NCBI GenBank assembly: GCA_050015075.1
Contig: JBEKCB010000003.1
Location: 64,001 to 128,000 of the forward strand
Reading direction: 5' to 3'
DNA from: Candidatus Brocadiia bacterium
GTDB lineage: Bacteria; Planctomycetota; Brocadiia; CAIUPP01
DNA length: 64,000 bases
The notes under the pieces were generated by a model. That model was given only the letters and a program-made list of their open reading frames with translations. It was not told the DNA's origin and ran no database searches. Each line of letters opens with the position of its first letter. The stretch's first letter is position 1. The position numbers were made by a program, and so were the translations under genes. Shown here in pieces: positions 57,981-64,000 of this stretch.

Positions 57981-58793
57981 ATGACCAATCCGTGGCAGAT
58001 CATGACGCAGCAGGACGGCCAGGCGATGGATGACCGCAAGGAGAAGGGGCCGGTGCGGTTCCAGGTGGCGCTGAAGCGAGAGTTGATCTGGCGCTCGATC
58101 CGGCCGCATCTGCCCAAGGACCGCTCGGTCGCAGTTCTCGACCTGGGCGGTGGGACGGGCGTTTGGGCGATCCGCCTGGCTCAGGAGGGGCATCGCGTCC
58201 TTCTGACGGACATATCGCCGGGGTTGCTGACGCGGGCGCGGGAGAAGATTGCTGCGGCCGACTTGGCGCATCTGGTGCAGATTGAGGAAGCGGATATCTG
58301 CGATTTGAGCCGATATGCCGAAGCGGCCTTTCCGCTGGTCCTGGCGCTGGGCGATCCGCTCTCCTACTGCGACGACTCCGCCAAGGCGCTGCGCGAGGTC
58401 AGGCGCGTGACGGCCTCCGGAGGCGTCCTTGTCGGTGAGGTGGAGAACCGCTACCGCACGGCCTTGAGCCGGCGCCGCGCGGCGACTTGGGCCGACGCGA
58501 AACGGATTATCGGCCAGGGAATCGCGCATTGGCCCGAACCGGAGAACCCCGCCGCAATCCGCGAGTTCTCGCCATCAGAGCTTGAAGCGCTGCTGAAGAA
58601 ATCCGGCTGGCAACCGGAGCACTTGTATCCTTCAGACCTGCTCGCCTCGCTCGTGGCGGAACCTATCCTTCAGGAAGCCTTGCGCTCGCCGGAATATTTT
58701 ACCCAGGCATTGGCCCTTGAGGAATGCCTGCGCTCCGATGCGGCTCTGCTCGGCAGTGGAATGGAAATTCAGTTCGTGGCGGTGAAACGATGA
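57981..58793 (+). CDS. Class I SAM-dependent methyltransferase
   Basis: VLDLGGGTG, TDISPG and GDPLSY motifs; start uncertain (57981/58002/58026). Confidence 0.85.
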   Translation: MTNPWQIMTQQDGQAMDDRKEKGPVRFQVALKRELIWRSIRPHLPKDRSVAVLDLGGGTGVWAIRLAQEGHRVLLTDISPGLLTRAREKIAAADLAHLVQIEEADICDLSRYAEAAFPLVLALGDPLSYCDDSAKALREVRRVTASGGVLVGEVENRYRTALSRRRAATWADAKRIIGQGIAHWPEPENPAAIREFSPSELEALLKKSGWQPEHLYPSDLLASLVAEPILQEALRSPEYFTQALALEECLRSDAALLGSGMEIQFVAVKR

Positions 58794-60538
58794 ATACCAA
58801 CATCCGTCGCGCTCAGCCTGCCGACGCCGGGCGCGCGACGCGGCGGCGGTTCCGTTTGGCGGTGGCGATCGTCGCCGTCACGCTCCTCGCTTACCTGCCT
58901 GTGATGCTGCGCGGCGGGTTCTTCTGGGACGACGACAGCTTCCTCTATGCCAACAAGCTCATCCGCGCGCCTGACGGGCTTCGGCGGCTGTGGTTCACTA
59001 AGGAGCCGACGGATTACTTTCCGCTCACCTCCAGCGTGCTCTGGGTGGAATGGCGGGTCTGGGGGAATGATCCTCGCGGTTACCACGTCGTCAATGTGCT
59101 GCTGCACGCCGCGGCGGCGGTGCTGGCCTGGCGCGTGCTGGTGCGGCTGCGCGTGCCCGGCGCGTGGCTCGCGGGGCTTCTCTTCGCGGTTCACCCGGCG
59201 GCGGCCGCCTCGGTGGCGTGGATCACGGAGCTGAAGAATACCCTGCCGATGGCGCTGTATCTCATGTCGCTCCTCGCCTGGCTGCGGTTTGATGACGGCG
59301 GTTTTCACCACGACGAGACGACGAGCACGACGTACGGCACTCCGCACTATTTACTTTCTCTCGGGCTTTTCCTCCTGGCGCTGCTGGCGAAAACCTCGGT
59401 GGTGATGCTGCCGGCGGTGCTGCTTCTCTGCGCGTGGTGGCGGCGGGGGAGGATTTCGCTGAGGGATTTGGCGCGGAGCCTTCCGTTCTTCGCGCTCTCG
59501 CTGGCGCTGGGGTGCGTGACGGTCTGGTTCCAGCTCCACAAGGCCATCGCGGTCGGGGAAATCGTCCGGCCCGAGGGCTTCTTCTCGCGCGTCGCGGCCG
59601 CTGGATGGATCGCGTGGTTCTATCTCTGCAAGGTCCTGCTGCCGGCGGGGCTGTGCGTGATTTATCCGCGCTGGGACGTCAGCGGATCAAGCGTTCTCGC
59701 GTTCCTGCCGCTCGCGCTGCTCATCGCCGGGCTCGCCTGGCTCTGGACGCGCCGAAAAAGCTGGGGTCGGGCGCCGCTGTTCGCGGCGGCGTATTTCCTC
59801 GTCTCGCTGCTGCCGGTGCTGGGGTTCGTGGACACATCGTTCATGGAGAACTCGCTCGTCGCGGACCATCTTCAATACGTGGCGATGATCGGCGTCATCG
59901 CGTTCGCCGCCGGCATGCTGGCGCGGCTCGCCGGAGCGAAAGGCGCTGGTGCTCCCATGGGCCTGCTTGCTGCGGCCGGGTGCGTGCTGGTGCTCGGCAG
60001 CCTGACCTGGACGCGCGCGGCGCTTTACGGCGACGCCCGCAATATGTGGCGCGACAACGTGACGAAAAATCCCTCGGCGTGGCTGGCATGGAACAACCTC
60101 GGCTGGACCTGCCACTCGGCGGGCGATGACGAGGAGGCGGTGGAGGATTTCAGCCGCGCGATCGCGCTGAAGCCGAATTTCGCGCAGGCGCTGAGCAACC
60201 GCGGCGGCGTGTACGCGATCCTGGGGAAACTCGATCTGGCGATGGACGACTGCAATCGGGCCGTTGCGCTGCTCCCGAAAGTGGCCCGAGTCCGAATCAA
60301 CCGCGGGAATATTTTCTTCCAGACCCATCGTCTCAGCGAGGCGATCGCGGACTATGACGAGGCGATCCGGCTCAACCCGAACTTCGCCGATGCGTACGCG
60401 AACCGGGCGCGAGCCTGGCTGGAATTGAAGGAGTACGACAAGGCCTGGGCGGACGTGAAGATGTTCCGCAGCCTGGGCGGCGCGACGGATCCGGATTTCG
60501 TTCCATCGCTGATCGAGGCCAGCGGGCGCAGCGAGTAG
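58790..60538 (+). CDS. TMTC-like GT-C membrane protein with TPR tail
   Basis: Close paralog of 55298-57193; ATGA overlap with the methyltransferase gene. Confidence 0.8.
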   Translation: MNTNIRRAQPADAGRATRRRFRLAVAIVAVTLLAYLPVMLRGGFFWDDDSFLYANKLIRAPDGLRRLWFTKEPTDYFPLTSSVLWVEWRVWGNDPRGYHVVNVLLHAAAAVLAWRVLVRLRVPGAWLAGLLFAVHPAAAASVAWITELKNTLPMALYLMSLLAWLRFDDGGFHHDETTSTTYGTPHYLLSLGLFLLALLAKTSVVMLPAVLLLCAWWRRGRISLRDLARSLPFFALSLALGCVTVWFQLHKAIAVGEIVRPEGFFSRVAAAGWIAWFYLCKVLLPAGLCVIYPRWDVSGSSVLAFLPLALLIAGLAWLWTRRKSWGRAPLFAAAYFLVSLLPVLGFVDTSFMENSLVADHLQYVAMIGVIAFAAGMLARLAGAKGAGAPMGLLAAAGCVLVLGSLTWTRAALYGDARNMWRDNVTKNPSAWLAWNNLGWTCHSAGDDEEAVEDFSRAIALKPNFAQALSNRGGVYAILGKLDLAMDDCNRAVALLPKVARVRINRGNIFFQTHRLSEAIADYDEAIRLNPNFADAYANRARAWLELKEYDKAWADVKMFRSLGGATDPDFVPSLIEASGRSE

Positions 60539-60626
60539 GCGGGTTTCCGGCAGGTCGGAGCGGGGACGCGACGGCACGCCGCGCGCATTGCAAACGTTGA
60601 CTGCTGAACCAGTTAGAAACCCCTGC

Positions 60627-60654
60627 TTGACTTCGGCCGCGGAATGGCGATAAT
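60627..60654 (+). promoter_or_regulatory. Putative sigma70 promoter
   Basis: TTGACT-N16-GATAAT. Confidence 0.45.
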
Positions 60655-60691
60655 GAGGATATCGTAAACTTTATCGCCGATTTTACCGCCG

Positions 60692-62428
60692 ATGCAGCTC
60701 GACAGGAATCTTCGGATGAACACCGACATCGGGGGCAAAGAGAAAGTCTGTCCCCGCACCGGGCATTTCCGGCGGGCGCTCACGTTCGGCGCAATGGCCC
60801 TGGCCTGCGCGTTGCTCGCCGGCTGCACGGGTGAGTACTACCGCAAGTCGGCCGATAACGAGGTGTACAAAATCCTCACGCAGAAACGGAAGAGGGCGCT
60901 CAACGAGGAAACGCCGTTCACGATCCAGCAGCCGTTCGGGGACCCGCTGGCGGGCCTGCCGCAACGGCGGCAGTTCCTGATCCCGCCGAGGGCGGGAGAT
61001 CCGGCATGGTCGGACCCGGCGAACCTGCTGACGATCATCTCGCTCCGCAAAGCGGTCGAGATCGGCATCCAGAACAGCCGCGCCTACCAGAGCCAGAAGG
61101 AAACGCTGTACCTGGCCGCGCTGGCTCTGACGCTCGAGCGGCATCTCTGGTCTCCGGCGTTCACCCAGATGATGTCGGGCAACGTGGCCTCGGCCAACGG
61201 CGAGGAATCGTGGGTCGGCAACAACCAGTTCGGCGCCACGCAACTGCTGGCGACCGGCGCCGACCTGACGTTGAACCTGAGCACGGCGTTCTTCCGGTTC
61301 ATCAGCGGCAACAGCCCGACGCCCCTGGCGCAGTCCGCGCTGACGGGCACGCTGATCCAGCCGCTGTGGCAGGGCGCCGGACAGCAGATCGCGCAGGCGA
61401 ACCTGACGCTGGCGGAGCGCAGCGTGATCTATGCGGTGCGCACCTTCGCGCGGTATCACCGCACGTTCGTCGTCTCGATCGCCACGAGCTACTACTCGGT
61501 GCTCGAGCAGCGCCAGGTGGTGCGCAACGAGTGGAACAACTACCAGACGCTGATCGAGGAGCGCCAGGAGACCGAGATGCTCGCGCAGGCCGGGCGGCTG
61601 CCGGAGTTCCAGGTGGACCAGGCGCGGCAGGATGAGCTGAGCGCGCACGATAGCTGGAACCAGGCCGACGAGCAGTACAAGCTGCTGCTCGACCAGTTGA
61701 AGCTGAGCCTCTCGCTGCCGACGGACGCGCCGGTGGATGTGGATGACGCGGAACTCGCCTCGTTGTCCGAGCGAGGGATCATCCACCCGAACATCTCCGC
61801 CGAGGCGGCCGTGCGCCAGGCGCTGGCGCTCCGGCTCGACCTGATGAACGCGCAGGACGCGGTGGCCGACGCCGCGCTCGAGGTCAAGGTCGCGAACAAC
61901 GGCCTCGCGCCGGTGGTGAACCTGGTGTTCCAGGGCGCGGCCCCCAGCGCCCAGGCGCGCATGGGCCAGTTCAATTTCATGCAGGGGGCTTACAGCGCAG
62001 GGTTCAACGTGGGCCTGCCGCTGGATGAGACGTCGGGACGGAACACGCTGCGCAGCAGCCTCATCTCGCTGGACCAGGCCGAGCGGTCCGCCGCGGACCT
62101 GGCCGACAATATCAAGCTGCAGGTGCGCAGCGACTGGGTCACGATGCAGGAGGCGAAGCAGAGCTACGAGATCCAGCGCAAAAGCGTGGAGCTGGCCGAG
62201 CGGCGCGTGGAGAGCACGATGCTGCTGCTGCAGGCGGGGCGCGCCATCACGCGCGACCTGCTCGATGCGCAGACGTCGTGGCACGACGCGCAGAACGCGC
62301 TGGTGACGGCGCTGGTCAATCACACCAACGCCCGGCTCGCGCTCTGGAGAGACATCGAAACGCTTTCCGTGAACACGGAGGGCGGTCTCGAGGAAAAAGC
62401 CGTTCATGGACAATCCGCCAATGAATAA
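60692..62428 (+). CDS. TolC-family outer-membrane protein (lipoprotein)
   Basis: Lipobox LLAGC; OEP helical repeats; start uncertain. Confidence 0.85.
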   Translation: MQLDRNLRMNTDIGGKEKVCPRTGHFRRALTFGAMALACALLAGCTGEYYRKSADNEVYKILTQKRKRALNEETPFTIQQPFGDPLAGLPQRRQFLIPPRAGDPAWSDPANLLTIISLRKAVEIGIQNSRAYQSQKETLYLAALALTLERHLWSPAFTQMMSGNVASANGEESWVGNNQFGATQLLATGADLTLNLSTAFFRFISGNSPTPLAQSALTGTLIQPLWQGAGQQIAQANLTLAERSVIYAVRTFARYHRTFVVSIATSYYSVLEQRQVVRNEWNNYQTLIEERQETEMLAQAGRLPEFQVDQARQDELSAHDSWNQADEQYKLLLDQLKLSLSLPTDAPVDVDDAELASLSERGIIHPNISAEAAVRQALALRLDLMNAQDAVADAALEVKVANNGLAPVVNLVFQGAAPSAQARMGQFNFMQGAYSAGFNVGLPLDETSGRNTLRSSLISLDQAERSAADLADNIKLQVRSDWVTMQEAKQSYEIQRKSVELAERRVESTMLLLQAGRAITRDLLDAQTSWHDAQNALVTALVNHTNARLALWRDIETLSVNTEGGLEEKAVHGQSANE

Positions 62429-64000
62429 TGAAACGCTCCCGGCGTCGCCGGCGCTGAGCCAGGCCGCCGGGGCGGCGGTGAAACGCCGGATGCGCTCCGG
62501 GCGCACGCGGCTCTGGATCGGCGGCGCTGCGCTCGCCGCCGCCATCGCCCTTCCGTCCGCGCTGTTCTTGTGCCGGCCCGCGCGCTCCACCACGCGTACG
62601 GCGGCCGCGCCGGACGCCTCCTTCACGGTGCGGAAGATGGACCTCGTCATCCGCACCGTCCTGGACGGCGGCACGCTCGTTTCGCCCGGCTCGCTGGAAA
62701 TCAGGTCCAAGGTCGAAGGGCAGGCGACGATCCTCAGCGTCGTCCCCGAAGGCAGCGTGATCACGCCGGAGGACGTGCAGAACGAGAAGGTGATCATGGA
62801 GCTCGATTCCTCCGCGTTGCGCGAGAAGGCCAACCAGCAGGAGATCGCCGTCGAAGGCTGCTCCGCCGCGTTCACGCAGGCGCGCGACTCGTACGAGATC
62901 CAGAAGAATTTCAACAATAATAATATCAAGGTGGCGGAACTGAAGGCGAAATTCGCGCTGATGGACCTCGAGAAATACCTGGGCACGACGTTGACGCCGC
63001 GAGTGCTCGAGGGCGAAATCACCCCCGCGGCCTTCCACGAGGTCAGCGTCGGGAGCGAAGTGCCCGCCGACGCCCCGAAGCCGCCGGAAGCGAACGGCGC
63101 GCCGAAGCACGGCTGGTCCAGGCTCCAGGACGCGATCCTGCTCATGGTCAGAGTGGTCAACGGCCAGGAGCCGGTCCTGAGTCTCCGTACGCCGAAGGAC
63201 CGGCCGAAGGGACCCGCCCTCAAACTGGAAACGTTGCACCTGGGCGGCACCGCCCGGCAGGACTGGCGCAAGTTCCAAACCGCCATCGAACTGGCCAGCG
63301 AGGACCTTTCCCGCGCGGCCACCACCTACCAATGGAGCAAGCGGCTCGGCCCCAAGGAACTCGGCGGCGCGGGCTACGTCCCGGGGACCGAAGTCCAGGC
63401 CGACTACCTGGCGCTCAAGCGCTGCGAACTCCAGCTCGAGCAGACCAAGCTCGACCTGGACATCTTCCTGCGGTACGAACTGCCGAAGCAGACCGAGCTG
63501 CTCCTTTCGGCTTATCAGCAGACGTGCGAGGACCTCGAGCTCGAACACGCCCGGGTCCGCGCCGACCTGGATAAGGCCGAGGCGCAGGTCAAAGCGGCCG
63601 AGGCCGCTTACCGCCGGGAGAAAGTCCGCCTCGACAAGCTCAACGAACAGATTGCGGACTGCCTGATCTACGCCACGCGCCCCGGTATCGTGGCCTACGC
63701 GCAGCCGCAGCCGAGCGCCGCTCCCACTCCTGCTGCCACGGCCGCTGCCGCCGCCACTACCACTGCCGCTACCGCTCCCGCCGCAACGAGCGCGGACAAG
63801 ATCGCGGAAGGCGCCACCGTGCACGAGCGGCAGGCGCTCCTGACCATCCTCAACGACAGCCCGTTGGCCGTCAACGTCAAGGTCCACAAAGCGTCGGTCA
63901 ACAGGATCCAGCGCGGGCAGACGGCGCGGATTGTCCTCAACGGCGTGCCGAAGCGCGAATGCTCGGGCCGGGTGCAGAAGGTGCTGGTCGTGGCCGACAC
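62406..64000 (+). CDS. Long HlyD/MFP-type periplasmic adaptor (3' truncated by window edge)
   Basis: Frame open from ATG 62406 to the window end: TM segment, EIRSKVEGQATILSVVPEGS, coiled coils, IYATRPGIVAY, IAEGATVHERQ. Confidence 0.8.
   Translation, partial: MDNPPMNNETLPASPALSQAAGAAVKRRMRSGRTRLWIGGAALAAAIALPSALFLCRPARSTTRTAAAPDASFTVRKMDLVIRTVLDGGTLVSPGSLEIRSKVEGQATILSVVPEGSVITPEDVQNEKVIMELDSSALREKANQQEIAVEGCSAAFTQARDSYEIQKNFNNNNIKVAELKAKFALMDLEKYLGTTLTPRVLEGEITPAAFHEVSVGSEVPADAPKPPEANGAPKHGWSRLQDAILLMVRVVNGQEPVLSLRTPKDRPKGPALKLETLHLGGTARQDWRKFQTAIELASEDLSRAATTYQWSKRLGPKELGGAGYVPGTEVQADYLALKRCELQLEQTKLDLDIFLRYELPKQTELLLSAYQQTCEDLELEHARVRADLDKAEAQVKAAEAAYRREKVRLDKLNEQIADCLIYATRPGIVAYAQPQPSAAPTPAATAAAAATTTAATAPAATSADKIAEGATVHERQALLTILNDSPLAVNVKVHKASVNRIQRGQTARIVLNGVPKRECSGRVQKVLVVAD

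Noticed and set aside
556-63887. Very long antisense or alternate-frame ORFs (for example 556-2343, 5394-9083, 24074-26704, 31367-33907, 60683-63325)
   Set aside because: They are shadow ORFs of high-GC coding strands: Arg/Gly/Ala-rich, without recognisable motifs, and overlapping well-supported genes

Overview
High-GC bacterial chromosomal window, most likely from Planctomycetota/PVC (inferred from a zinc-ribbon SpoVG, two DUF1559/H-X9-DG prepilin-like genes and a short UvrC). It uses standard code 11, with TGA serving as a normal stop. About 52 CDSs are supported: housekeeping genes (aroA, hflX, rluA-type, scpB, pdxB, rpsT, folK, uvrC, rhaB-like), a Phd/VapC toxin-antitoxin pair, a MarR-MacAB-OMF efflux operon, PP2C/FHA/kinase signalling genes, two tandem pilin-like genes next to three near-identical sulfatase-like paralogs, and many GT-C/TPR glycosyltransferases. 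The strongest new signal is a hypothetical membrane-anchored gene (48606-49388) whose apparent TGA stop is followed by an in-frame GGGAC...VVP* extension and a SECIS-like hairpin. This makes it a candidate selenoprotein (U-x4-C) heading an operon with two related membrane proteins. The window also holds several families of palindromic repeats: a four-copy cloverleaf element with compensatory changes, a MITE-like element, a GxxExxY nuclease gene bracketed by a perfect 41-bp inverted repeat, and short-period palindromes, at least one of them inserted in frame inside a gene. No rRNA, tRNA, CRISPR array or transposase was recognised. All family assignments come from motif recognition by eye, without database searches.
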